Origin: an uncultured virus (IMG/VR IMGVR_UViG_3300028591_000016)
Lineage: Duplodnaviria; Heunggongvirae; Uroviricota; Caudoviricetes
Strand: one strand, 5' to 3'
DNA length: 33,251 bases
IMG/VR virus record: IMGVR_UViG_3300028591_000016
This document shows, piece after piece, positions 18,943 to 27,038 of this stretch. Below the pieces are notes generated by a model. It did no database searches, had not been told where the DNA came from, and worked only from the letters and a program-made list of their open reading frames with translations. Within the stretch, counting starts at the first letter, position 1. Each line of letters opens with the position of its first letter. The position numbers and the translations under genes are program-made.

Positions 18943-20444
18943 AATACAACCCAATGCTAGCATGCGACTACTACAAGACCGTACACACGCAGATGCTCCC
19001 CAAGGGCATCACCAAGTCCGTGAGCTACCTCTTCCCGAGGAGCTCCCGCATCCCCGGATGGGACGAGGCGGTGTTCTTCGGCCTCAGAGGCTTCATCCAG
19101 GAGTATCTCATCGACATGTTCAATGAGAACTTCTTCAAGCAGCCCAAGAGACAGGTGATGGGAGAGATAGAGTATGTGCTCAGGCACACTCTCGGAGAGA
19201 AGGCGAAGTCCAACATCAAGCAGATCGGCGAGCTCTACGATCTGGGCTATCTGCCCATCGCGATCTACGCCCTGCCCGAGGGATCGCATGTCCCTATGGG
19301 AGTGCCGATGCTGGCCATCACCAACACCCTGCCGGAGTTCGCATGGCTCCCGCAGTATCTGGAGTCGCTGCTGTCCTGCGAGATGTGGCACGGCATCGTC
19401 GTGGCCACCGTCGCGGACAAGTACAGGCAGATCGTCGACAGATGGTACGAGAAGACCGTGGTCGGCGGCAAGCCCGAGACCGCACTCTCCTGCTTCGATA
19501 TGAGGGGAGAGGAGTCCTTCGGGGACGCTGTCAAGGCGGGAGCCGCATGGGCCACGTCCTTCGTGCCCTGTGCCACCGTCTCCACGGCCACCTACCTCTA
19601 CGACTGCTACGGCGCAGACGAAGCCTGTATCACCGGCTCGCCGTCGACGGAGCACGCGGTCATGTGCTCCAACTATGCGGTGGACGGGGACGAGGTCACC
19701 TTCCTCAAGAGGATGCTCACGGAGGTCTATCCCGAGCAGAGCTTCTCGGCGGTGCTGGACTCCTACGACTACTGGCGCATGATCAAAGAGGTGCTGCCCA
19801 CGCTCAAGGAGGAGATCCTTGCACACAAGGGCTGCTTCCTGCCGAGAGGGGACTCAGGCGATCCTGTCGAGGTCGTTACGCAGACGGTGTTCGCACTCTG
19901 GGACATCTTCGGCGGCACGGTCAACGACAAGGGCTACAAAGTCCTCGACCCGCACGTCAAGGCAATCTACGGGGACGGCATCACCCTCCAGAGATGCGAG
20001 GAGATCTACTCCATCCTGGAGAAGAACGGCTTCGCGGCAAGCAACGTGGCGCTGGGAGTAGGCTCGTACAGCATGCAGGCGGTCTGCATCGACGATAAGC
20101 ACTATCCCTTCACCAGGGACACCTTCAACATCGCCATCAAGGCCACCTACATCGAGGTCAACGGCAAGGCGTACATGATCCAGAAGTCGCCCAAGGTCAA
20201 CGGGGCGCACGGAGAGACCACCGAGTACTTCAAGAAGTCCAAGAAGGGAGCGATACTCGTGACCGGAGAGGACGGGGAGTACATCGCGGAGGACGGATTC
20301 CTCTTCGATGAGACCCGCAAGAGCAAGCTCAACAGGCTGAGGCTGGTCTTCTACGAGGGACAGATGGGCCGCGACGACTCGCTTGACGAGATCAGGGACA
20401 GGCTCAACAGGTACAGGGAGAAGCAATATGAGGTTCAACGCTGA
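18939..20444 (+). CDS. NAMPT-family (NadV/Namat-like) phosphoribosyltransferase, probably nicotinate-preferring
   Basis: DYYK..H, FFGL, LGYLPI, FDMRG, TEHAVM, DSYD, RGDSGDP, IYGDGIT, GVGS, TRDT..AIKAT motifs. Confidence 0.9.
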   Translation: MKYNPMLACDYYKTVHTQMLPKGITKSVSYLFPRSSRIPGWDEAVFFGLRGFIQEYLIDMFNENFFKQPKRQVMGEIEYVLRHTLGEKAKSNIKQIGELYDLGYLPIAIYALPEGSHVPMGVPMLAITNTLPEFAWLPQYLESLLSCEMWHGIVVATVADKYRQIVDRWYEKTVVGGKPETALSCFDMRGEESFGDAVKAGAAWATSFVPCATVSTATYLYDCYGADEACITGSPSTEHAVMCSNYAVDGDEVTFLKRMLTEVYPEQSFSAVLDSYDYWRMIKEVLPTLKEEILAHKGCFLPRGDSGDPVEVVTQTVFALWDIFGGTVNDKGYKVLDPHVKAIYGDGITLQRCEEIYSILEKNGFAASNVALGVGSYSMQAVCIDDKHYPFTRDTFNIAIKATYIEVNGKAYMIQKSPKVNGAHGETTEYFKKSKKGAILVTGEDGEYIAEDGFLFDETRKSKLNRLRLVFYEGQMGRDDSLDEIRDRLNRYREKQYEVQR

Positions 20445-21159
20445 ACAGGCGAGGGACGACATAATCCTCTTCATCCGGGACTTCTTCAAGTCCTCCGGAG
20501 GAAAAACCGCGGTGATCGGACTCAGCGGTGGCAAGGATTCCACCATAGTCGCGGCACTCTGTGCCGAGGCCATCGGCAAGGAGAACACCGTAGGCGTGAT
20601 CATCCCTAACGGAGAGATGGCCGACATCGGCGAGGCGAAGGAGGCTGCCGAGCTGTACTGCGGCGACAGCTATGTGTTCAACCTGTCATCGATGATGATG
20701 TGCATGAACACGTCCGTGCTGCCGAAGTCCACGGAGCAAGCGAGGATCAACTTCCCCGCAAGGATGAGGATGTGCATCCTCTACTACGTGGCGCAGAGCC
20801 TCAGGCACGGCCGTGTGGCCAACACCTGCAACCTGTCCGAGGACTACGTCGGATGGGCGACCAGGTACGGCGACACCGCAGGGGACTTCGCTCCCCTGCA
20901 CAATTACACCGTGCAGGAGGTCAAGGCCATAGGCCGCGCTCTGGGCGTTCCATCCGAGCTGGTGGAGAAGGCACCGTCCGACGGACTCTGCGGCAAGACC
21001 GACGAGGAGGGGCTGGGCTTCAGCTATGAGGTGCTGGACAGATACATCCGCACGGGGGAGTGCGACGATACCTTGATCAAGGAGAGGATCGATACGCTCC
21101 ACGAGAGGAACCTGTTCAAGCTCATGCCGATCCCGGCCGCTCCCAACAGGTACGCATAA
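20428..21159 (+). CDS. nadE: NH3-dependent NAD+ synthetase
   Basis: GLSGGKDS P-loop, ARMRM, NTCNLSEDYVGWATRYGD, KAPSDGL, TDEEGLG; no glutaminase domain; GGGAG SD before ATG 20428. Confidence 0.9.
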   Translation: MRFNAEQARDDIILFIRDFFKSSGGKTAVIGLSGGKDSTIVAALCAEAIGKENTVGVIIPNGEMADIGEAKEAAELYCGDSYVFNLSSMMMCMNTSVLPKSTEQARINFPARMRMCILYYVAQSLRHGRVANTCNLSEDYVGWATRYGDTAGDFAPLHNYTVQEVKAIGRALGVPSELVEKAPSDGLCGKTDEEGLGFSYEVLDRYIRTGECDDTLIKERIDTLHERNLFKLMPIPAAPNRYA

Positions 21160-21171
21160 ACCCTTTACCAC

Positions 21172-21243
21172 AGTCCCGTGGTGTAATGGAGATCATTCAA
21201 GTCTTTGGAACTTGAGATAAGGGTTCGATCCCCTTCGGGACGA
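21172..21243 (+). tRNA. tRNA-Gln (TTG)
   Basis: AGTCCCG/CGGGACG acceptor (A1-G72 mismatch); CAAGT-CTTTGGA-ACTTG anticodon arm; AAGGG-TTCGATC-CCCTT T arm. Confidence 0.9.
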
Positions 21244-21245
21244 CC

Positions 21246-21322
21246 GGGTCATTGGGCTAGTTTGGCCATGCTCGCTGGTTTGGGACCAGCAGACGGAGGT
21301 TCAAATCCTCCATGACCCACCA
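21246..21322 (+). tRNA. tRNA-Pro (TGG) with encoded CCA
   Basis: GGGTCAT/ATGACCC acceptor; GCTGG-TTTGGGA-CCAGC anticodon arm; GGAGG-TTCAAAT-CCTCC T arm; ACCA end. Confidence 0.93.
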
Positions 21323-21338
21323 ACCTTATATATCATGT
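21323..21338 (+). promoter_or_regulatory. TATA box overlapping an operator copy (ACCTTATATATCATGT)
   Basis: 15/16 match to 15045-15060; heads the small-ORF operon. Confidence 0.6.
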
Positions 21339-21385
21339 CGACGATGTATATCTAGCGTCCTACTGAGTAGGGCAGGAGAGAGACA

Positions 21386-21685
21386 ATGGAAAAATCACTT
21401 GAAGACCAGATCGATGAATATTATGGCAAACAGGCGTCCGAACCCCCAAGATGGACACTTAAGCAGATAGTGGAATCAAGGAGGGCCATGGTCGAGGCCG
21501 TTGAAAGATTTGGGTACCTCCCCATAGCCAATCTGTGGCTGGGACCCCTTGTCACCAAATGGGCATTCGAGTCTCAAACACCCGAGAGCCTGACTCCTGA
21601 GGAGGAGGACGCACTGCTCAAGGAGTTACATGAGCTAAACCTATGGCTTAAGGACTGGATCAATACGCATGATGGCGTGTTGTAA
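21386..21685 (+). CDS. Hypothetical protein
   Basis: 99 aa, AGGAG SD. Confidence 0.7.
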   Translation: MEKSLEDQIDEYYGKQASEPPRWTLKQIVESRRAMVEAVERFGYLPIANLWLGPLVTKWAFESQTPESLTPEEEDALLKELHELNLWLKDWINTHDGVL

Positions 21686-21697
21686 GGAGGAAAAGAT

Positions 21698-21862
21698 ATG
21701 GCAGATAAGGACAACAAGATAAGCATAAGGATGACAGACGAGGACCTGGAGATCATTGAGAGGCTGTCCCACAAATTCGGAGACATCTCTGCCTCCGCCG
21801 TGATCCGCATGGCCCTCAGAGCGTACGACAGACAGGCATTCAGGGGGAGGAAGACGGAATGA
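21698..21862 (+). CDS. Ribbon-helix-helix (CopG/Arc-like) DNA-binding protein
   Basis: 54 aa, below the ORF-track cutoff: MADKDNKISIRMTDEDLEIIERLSHKFGDISASAVIRMALRAYDRQAFRGRKTE; AAGGAGG SD; beta strand ISIR, helix, G-x-S-x-S, VIRxAL. Confidence 0.75.
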   Translation: MADKDNKISIRMTDEDLEIIERLSHKFGDISASAVIRMALRAYDRQAFRGRKTE

Positions 21863-21933
21863 CCGACTTCTTCCTTGCGATGCTCATCATAGCGATATTC
21901 ACATTGACATTGGCCATGATATGGAATATGTGA
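21859..21933 (+). CDS. 24-aa single-helix hydrophobic peptide
   Basis: MTDFFLAMLIIAIFTLTLAMIWNM; ATGA-coupled to the RHH gene and fills the gap to the next ORF. Confidence 0.45.
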   Translation: MTDFFLAMLIIAIFTLTLAMIWNM

Positions 21934-22115
21934 TGATAATGATATTCAAAACAAGGTTTGGCACATTGGAACTGCCCAAGGATGACTGCATCACCTGCAT
22001 CTACGTGGGCAAATACATGTCATGCAGCATGTGCGAGTTCAGATGGGGCCTCATAGAGGACGCCACCGAGCCGTTCTACGCAAGACAGAGGGCAATAGAG
22101 GAGGCGAGCGAATGA
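21933..22115 (+). CDS. Small CxxC...CxxC protein
   Basis: CITC, CSMC; start uncertain (21921/21933/21939). Confidence 0.55.
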   Translation: MIMIFKTRFGTLELPKDDCITCIYVGKYMSCSMCEFRWGLIEDATEPFYARQRAIEEASE

Positions 22116-22312
22116 CCCCTCTCGGGATTCGGGTGCCGCCCATGTGGATGGAGTGCACCGGCGAGGGCTACACATGCATCTGTCCCCAGTGCGGGACGAT
22201 ATGCAGGACTGTCAACCCCACGGGCGACAGCGCGGAGATGTACTGCACCAACTGTTACACTGGATTCAGGATCACATTCCTGAGAGAAGTGGTGGAGAAG
22301 GTGAGCGAATGA
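22112..22312 (+). CDS. Small zinc-ribbon protein
   Basis: CPQC, CTNC; ATGA overlap. Confidence 0.65.
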   Translation: MTPLGIRVPPMWMECTGEGYTCICPQCGTICRTVNPTGDSAEMYCTNCYTGFRITFLREVVEKVSE

Positions 22313-22563
22313 CCTACGATTGGGATGCATGCGAGAAGCTCTCCCTCGATGAGCTTGATGCGCTGGCAAGGATGGTCAATACGATCCTGTGGCACGTGGA
22401 CCACTTGAAAGCAAAGCTGGGTGAGTTGGGGTTTGACACAAGATCCCCCGAGAGCGACTCCTTCATGGTGCCGAGGCTCGTCCAGTACAGCGCAGACCTG
22501 CGCTATGTCAATGACGAGCTCTGCGAGCTCATCAGGAAGAAAGGCGGGGAGGTGGACGAATGA
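22309..22563 (+). CDS. Hypothetical helical protein
   Basis: MTYDWDACEK...; ATGA overlaps at both ends. Confidence 0.65.
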   Translation: MTYDWDACEKLSLDELDALARMVNTILWHVDHLKAKLGELGFDTRSPESDSFMVPRLVQYSADLRYVNDELCELIRKKGGEVDE

Positions 22564-22964
22564 GATGCGAGATCTGTGGAAAGGAGGCTCCGTACTTCAC
22601 GGAGACATACGACCCTATGGAGAAGAAGGCCAGGACGATCTACCTCTGTGAGGAGCATCAGGAGAAGATGTATAGAAGGATCGTCGACACCATGCTCAAT
22701 ATGGGGTCGGAGTATATCATCGAATACAATACAAGGATCCTTAAACTCCCCGAAAGCCTCGATGTCGATAAGGAGGCCATCCGCAAGATGCTAGAGGCGA
22801 ATGACAAGGCAATCCCCATCATCCAGGAACCTCCGATGAATGATAAGATCAGGGACATCGGCAAGGTGCTGGCATGGCTGTATTCCCAGGGCATCCTTAT
22901 AAACGGCAGGGACGACGAGATCGAGGAGCTGCTGAGGAACATCACAAAGGAGGGAGAGGAATGA
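22560..22964 (+). CDS. Hypothetical protein with N-terminal CxxC...CxxH zinc finger
   Basis: CEICG...LCEEH; GGAGGTG SD. Confidence 0.7.
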   Translation: MRCEICGKEAPYFTETYDPMEKKARTIYLCEEHQEKMYRRIVDTMLNMGSEYIIEYNTRILKLPESLDVDKEAIRKMLEANDKAIPIIQEPPMNDKIRDIGKVLAWLYSQGILINGRDDEIEELLRNITKEGEE

Positions 22965-23458
22965 GTCTATTCAAGAAGGATAAGAAGGGAGCAAATGAAT
23001 GCATCCCTTCCGAAGCGGAGAGGCGTGCGAAGTGGCATGCATCCGTCTGTGAAGAGCTGCGCGCCACCGAAGGGCCGCATTCATGTAAGGATTGCATGCA
23101 CACGACTCCCGTATATATCGGAGGCAACCCTGACCTGGACAGGTGCACACCCATCAGACGCTGCTCCCTGCCAGATGCCGCCGACAAGACACTCTTCGTC
23201 CAAGGAAATGAGAACGGGAAGTGGGTCTACCGCAGATGGACCGATTGCAAAGGGTTCTCTCCCGTCCACGAGTGCGAGAATTGTACGCACTACGATAAAG
23301 AGGCACTTCTCATACATATCGCAGATGATGCTGCAATCGCCAAATTGCCTGATTATTGCTGTGCGCATTATGAGTGCAAAGAGATGTTTACCGATCTCGC
23401 CTGCAAGGCCGCACTGAAGTGCAAGAACTACGAATACAAAGAGGGGGCGAGTGAATGA
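22961..23458 (+). CDS. Cysteine-rich hypothetical protein
   Basis: Two CxxCxH repeats; ATGA overlap. Confidence 0.65.
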   Translation: MSLFKKDKKGANECIPSEAERRAKWHASVCEELRATEGPHSCKDCMHTTPVYIGGNPDLDRCTPIRRCSLPDAADKTLFVQGNENGKWVYRRWTDCKGFSPVHECENCTHYDKEALLIHIADDAAIAKLPDYCCAHYECKEMFTDLACKAALKCKNYEYKEGASE

Positions 23459-23799
23459 CTGACGAAACTTCTGATATGGAGTGCATCTCATGTGTCTCTT
23501 ATGTACGCAACGCTACAAAGGAAGAACTGATGTCCACCTTCAGGTACGCCGATCCCGACGAACTCGTGTGGGATGATGAGGAACAGGCATGGAAGGTCAC
23601 ATTCAACGAACTGTCCAATGAGAATGCATGGTATTCCGAGAGCGATGATGCTGTCAGAAGGAGACTCCCGAAGGCGAAATTCAAACAGGTGTATTACGGC
23701 GAAGACGGGTCGATACTGGAAAGCATTGACTACATGGATAATGAAGAGTTTGAGAAATATCTGGACGAAGAAATGAAAAAAATGGGGTTGAAAGAATGA
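23455..23799 (+). CDS. Acidic hypothetical protein
   Basis: 114 aa, D/E-rich; ATGA overlap. Confidence 0.65.
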   Translation: MTDETSDMECISCVSYVRNATKEELMSTFRYADPDELVWDDEEQAWKVTFNELSNENAWYSESDDAVRRRLPKAKFKQVYYGEDGSILESIDYMDNEEFEKYLDEEMKKMGLKE

Positions 23800-24035
23800 T
23801 CTCCGAGACACTTGAGCCATTCCTCGATGCAGGTATGGCAGGGTTGTTGTGGGGCTTCGTCATATGCCTGTGGCTGTTCGCACACGAGCTGATCAAGGAT
23901 TACACGAGATTTGGCAGTAAGTACAACCCCCCTGAACTGGAGGAGTATGCGATCGTCGGACTGGCGATAGTGATGCTCAGCGCACTAACGTTCATCGTGT
24001 TGCTGTGGACACTGACCATCATGGGGGTGATGTAA
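23796..24035 (+). CDS. Small two-transmembrane-helix protein
   Basis: Two hydrophobic segments; ATGA overlap. Confidence 0.65.
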   Translation: MISETLEPFLDAGMAGLLWGFVICLWLFAHELIKDYTRFGSKYNPPELEEYAIVGLAIVMLSALTFIVLLWTLTIMGVM

Positions 24036-24037
24036 GA

Positions 24038-24502
24038 ATGATAGAGTACATCTGCGATAACTGCGGGAAGCGTATAGACGATCTGCCCAAGGAGGTCAGG
24101 GAGCACTCCTTCGAGAAGCATATCTGCAGGGATTGCATCAAGGGGATGATCAGAGAACAGGCCAAGAAGATCGCTGCCGCACACCTGGAGTGTGCACCGT
24201 ACGGTCAGCTCCTGTGCATCTACCAGAACCTCAACGGAGCATACCTCAACGCGATGGACATAAGGACCCCATGGGAGCTTCCGAAGTGTCACGTATGCGG
24301 GAGCGAGATGAAGATACCCAATCCGGCGGTACGTGAGTACTTCTGCGAGACATGCATGGTCATCTATGACAGATTCGGCAACAAGATCAGGGATGTGGTG
24401 GCAGAAGAGCCCGCCCGCCCAAGTGCAGGAATGTACGATACAGCAAGAGAGATAGCCAAAGAAGAGGAAGAAAAATTAAGAAAAGAAGGGAAGTGGTTCT
24501 AA
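24038..24502 (+). CDS. Double zinc-finger hypothetical protein
   Basis: CDNC, CRDC, CHVC, CETC; GGGGTGA SD. Confidence 0.65.
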   Translation: MIEYICDNCGKRIDDLPKEVREHSFEKHICRDCIKGMIREQAKKIAAAHLECAPYGQLLCIYQNLNGAYLNAMDIRTPWELPKCHVCGSEMKIPNPAVREYFCETCMVIYDRFGNKIRDVVAEEPARPSAGMYDTAREIAKEEEEKLRKEGKWF

Positions 24503-24684
24503 TGACTGACCTAAAATCATGTCCGTTCTGCGGAGGGGATCCAAAACTGGAGTCCGACTCGCACAGGAGAGAGTTCGGCAGGGACAGATTCCGCATAGTA
24601 TGCTCGTCATGCTATGCCGGCACCAGATGGTACGACAGCCCCGATGAAGCGTGGCTGATGTGGAATGGGAGAGTGAAAGAATGA
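24502..24684 (+). CDS. Lar-family (restriction-alleviation-like) zinc-finger protein
   Basis: LKSCPFCGG...VCSSC...EA..MWNGR. Confidence 0.7.
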   Translation: MTDLKSCPFCGGDPKLESDSHRREFGRDRFRIVCSSCYAGTRWYDSPDEAWLMWNGRVKE

Positions 24685-24893
24685 CAACAGATAAGAAAGA
24701 AGAAGCATGGGGCTCCGGCTACGTGCCGCACGCCTTCATGGAGAGATTCAAGTGCCCCAGGTGCGGCAGCGTGCACTTCAAGAGCTACCCGCAGGCCGTA
24801 CCTGCCGACAGATCGCAGACGTGGACGTACGAGTATGTCTGCGCCAAGTGCGGTCAGGGCATGGGCCTGACGATGGTAGGGGATGACGAATGA
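24681..24893 (+). CDS. Small zinc-ribbon protein
   Basis: CPRCG, CAKCG; ATGA overlap. Confidence 0.65.
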   Translation: MTTDKKEEAWGSGYVPHAFMERFKCPRCGSVHFKSYPQAVPADRSQTWTYEYVCAKCGQGMGLTMVGDDE

Positions 24894-25285
24894 TCTTCAA
24901 GAAACATAGAAAAACCGAGCAGGCTGAACCGGAGAAACCGCCGTTCCCGCTGGATAAGCCCAACTCCTGCGAATATTGCATGCATAACCTCTGTACAGGT
25001 ACGACGTACATATGTGATGCATATTACTGTATGAACAAGCGCATTGAGACCTGGTGGTGGTCCAAGGAGGGCAGCGCGTTCAGGACATGGGACAGATGCG
25101 ACGACTATAAACCCCATAAGATCTGCGCAACCTGCAAATATGGTCCCGCCAGGGGTATGCTCACAGAGACCCGCATCATCGGCGATGAAGAGATCGAGGT
25201 CAAGGTGCACCCTTCGACAAGATGCCCCTATGGACCCGAGTGCAAGAATGCCGAGAAATGGGAGCCGAAGGAGATGAAGGAATGA
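24890..25285 (+). CDS. Cysteine-rich hypothetical protein
   Basis: CEYCMH, CATCKY; resembles 22961..23458 in layout. Confidence 0.65.
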   Translation: MIFKKHRKTEQAEPEKPPFPLDKPNSCEYCMHNLCTGTTYICDAYYCMNKRIETWWWSKEGSAFRTWDRCDDYKPHKICATCKYGPARGMLTETRIIGDEEIEVKVHPSTRCPYGPECKNAEKWEPKEMKE

Positions 25286-25572
25286 CCGTCAAGTATGAGT
25301 GCGACAGATGCCACAGGCAGACGACGGACCGTGATAAGATGATGGAGGTGACCTGGAGGAGGAAGAACGACTTCCTCGGTGTCGACTTCGTCGAGTCCGG
25401 CACGTACCACTACTGCTCGTTCTGCTCGCTGATGATGTGCAACGCCTTCGGCATCGTCAACGACGGGACGTATGCCGGGTCGCTGCGCGGCGAGGACAGG
25501 ATAGGCAACTACAACGAGGATCTGAAGGAGGCCGACCCCTTCTTCAACAAGGACCTGGAGATGAAGGAATGA
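25282..25572 (+). CDS. Zinc-finger hypothetical protein
   Basis: CDRC, CSFC; ATGA overlap. Confidence 0.65.
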   Translation: MTVKYECDRCHRQTTDRDKMMEVTWRRKNDFLGVDFVESGTYHYCSFCSLMMCNAFGIVNDGTYAGSLRGEDRIGNYNEDLKEADPFFNKDLEMKE

Positions 25573-25871
25573 CCGACAAAGAAGAGACTGGTGGGTGTAT
25601 CAAGTGCGGTTCGCCTAAAGGGAGACCGAAGACGATCTGGGGCGATGAATACTATGTGTGTAAATACTGCGAGGACGAAGCGAAAGGGATCGCCAGGGGA
25701 GTGGTACGCATGTATCTGTGCGGTGACGACTGCTTCATCGGGTTCAGAGCGAAGGACATCCCCGAACTCAAGGGACTGTTCGCACAGTCTGAGAACGAGG
25801 ACATCAGAGAGCTGGTAGAGTTCCTCGAGGGCGTGGAAGCGGACATCGGATCGAGGGAGGCGAAGGAATGA
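25569..25871 (+). CDS. Zinc-finger hypothetical protein
   Basis: CIKC, CKYC; ATGA overlap. Confidence 0.65.
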   Translation: MTDKEETGGCIKCGSPKGRPKTIWGDEYYVCKYCEDEAKGIARGVVRMYLCGDDCFIGFRAKDIPELKGLFAQSENEDIRELVEFLEGVEADIGSREAKE

Positions 25872-26104
25872 CTTGGGACTCTAGTCTGACATCGCCCTTG
25901 CCATCAAGAGAGGAAGTCGAGCATAGAATATCTGCACTAGAAGAGAGTCTGAAGCCCTGCCCGTTCTGCGGTAATACCAATCTGTCAATCGAATTTGATG
26001 ATTGGGGGGATATGTACATCTATTGTGCGGTCTGCGATTCGATATATGAGAATTGCCGTATTAGTAAGCTAATTGAAGGTTGGAATAGGAGGGCGAGTGA
26101 ATGA
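25868..26104 (+). CDS. Second Lar-family zinc-finger protein
   Basis: LKPCPFCG...CAVC...WNRR. Confidence 0.7.
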   Translation: MTWDSSLTSPLPSREEVEHRISALEESLKPCPFCGNTNLSIEFDDWGDMYIYCAVCDSIYENCRISKLIEGWNRRASE

Positions 26105-26358
26105 CTGAATTGAATAATATATTCGTACAGAGAGAGGTATCAGATATGCTGAGTGACCTGCTGAATACTGCGCAACACATCTTAGACCACCCTGAAGAAC
26201 ATGGGGGAGCCATAGACCTCTTCAATCTGCACTCCCAAAGTGAGCTTCAGCTACTTGCCATGTTTGGACAGGTGTGCTATGACAGGATGAAAAGATGGGA
26301 GCGCCACTCACCAATGTTTGATGAGACCCCAATAGGAGCACCATTCCATGATGCTTGA
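26101..26358 (+). CDS. Hypothetical protein
   Basis: 85 aa; ATGA overlap. Confidence 0.6.
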   Translation: MTELNNIFVQREVSDMLSDLLNTAQHILDHPEEHGGAIDLFNLHSQSELQLLAMFGQVCYDRMKRWERHSPMFDETPIGAPFHDA

Positions 26359-26389
26359 ATCAGAGAAGGCTCGCCGCAATGAAGGAGGA

Positions 26390-26557
26390 ATGAAGATGCT
26401 GTCTGAAAGGGACAAGAAAGATGTGGAGGAATGGAAGCACACGATCTATGAGATCCGCGATGAGACAGGGTGGACCACGAATGAGATCAACCTATTCCTG
26501 TTATACGTGGAGCTCAAACGCCTTAATAGCACCTTAGAGGTGATGAAATGGAGGTGA
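26390..26557 (+). CDS. Hypothetical protein
   Basis: AAGGAGG SD before ATG 26390/26396. Confidence 0.55.
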   Translation: MKMLSERDKKDVEEWKHTIYEIRDETGWTTNEINLFLLYVELKRLNSTLEVMKWR

Positions 26558-26561
26558 AAGA

Positions 26562-26753
26562 ATGGCCAGAAAGAAGATGACCATCGGCGGCAGACGCGTC
26601 AAGTGCCAATGCTGCGGGAGGACCGCAAAGGTCCTGACCGTCAACAGGACGCCGATCTGCGACCATTGCTTCAAGGCCTACGCGCTCGGCCTTCTGATCG
26701 GGCGCGTGGTCGGAGGCGACAAACACATTAAAGACAAGGACAAGGAGGAATAA
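26562..26753 (+). CDS. Small basic zinc-finger protein
   Basis: CQCC, CDHC; GGAGGTGA SD. Confidence 0.65.
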   Translation: MARKKMTIGGRRVKCQCCGRTAKVLTVNRTPICDHCFKAYALGLLIGRVVGGDKHIKDKDKEE

Positions 26754-26756
26754 GAT

Positions 26757-27038
26757 ATGGATATGACTAAGGAGATGAAAGATATGACCGAGGTCGAAAA
26801 GGGCCTTTTCGTCGGCAAGAGCCAGGCTATCTGCTTGATCGCAGAGGACCAGATGAAGACGAACTGGCACTGGGCCGCGGAGGACCTGTGGAGCACCCTG
26901 TACGGGCTGCTGAAGGAGTACGGCCCGCAGGATAGCTTTGCAGGCATACAGAGCATGAGGCACATCGAGTTCATCGACCATATGTTCAGAGATGCACTCC
27001 GCACCTGGATGAACGTCACGATGGAGGAGAAAGAATGA
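26757..27038 (+). CDS. Hypothetical protein
   Basis: 93 aa; AAGGAGG SD. Confidence 0.65.
   Translation: MDMTKEMKDMTEVEKGLFVGKSQAICLIAEDQMKTNWHWAAEDLWSTLYGLLKEYGPQDSFAGIQSMRHIEFIDHMFRDALRTWMNVTMEEKE

Noticed and set aside
21172..21322. tRNAs as a provirus attachment site or host boundary
   Set aside because: Virus-like genes and the same operator motif lie on both sides; no integrase or duplicated tRNA 3' end in the window
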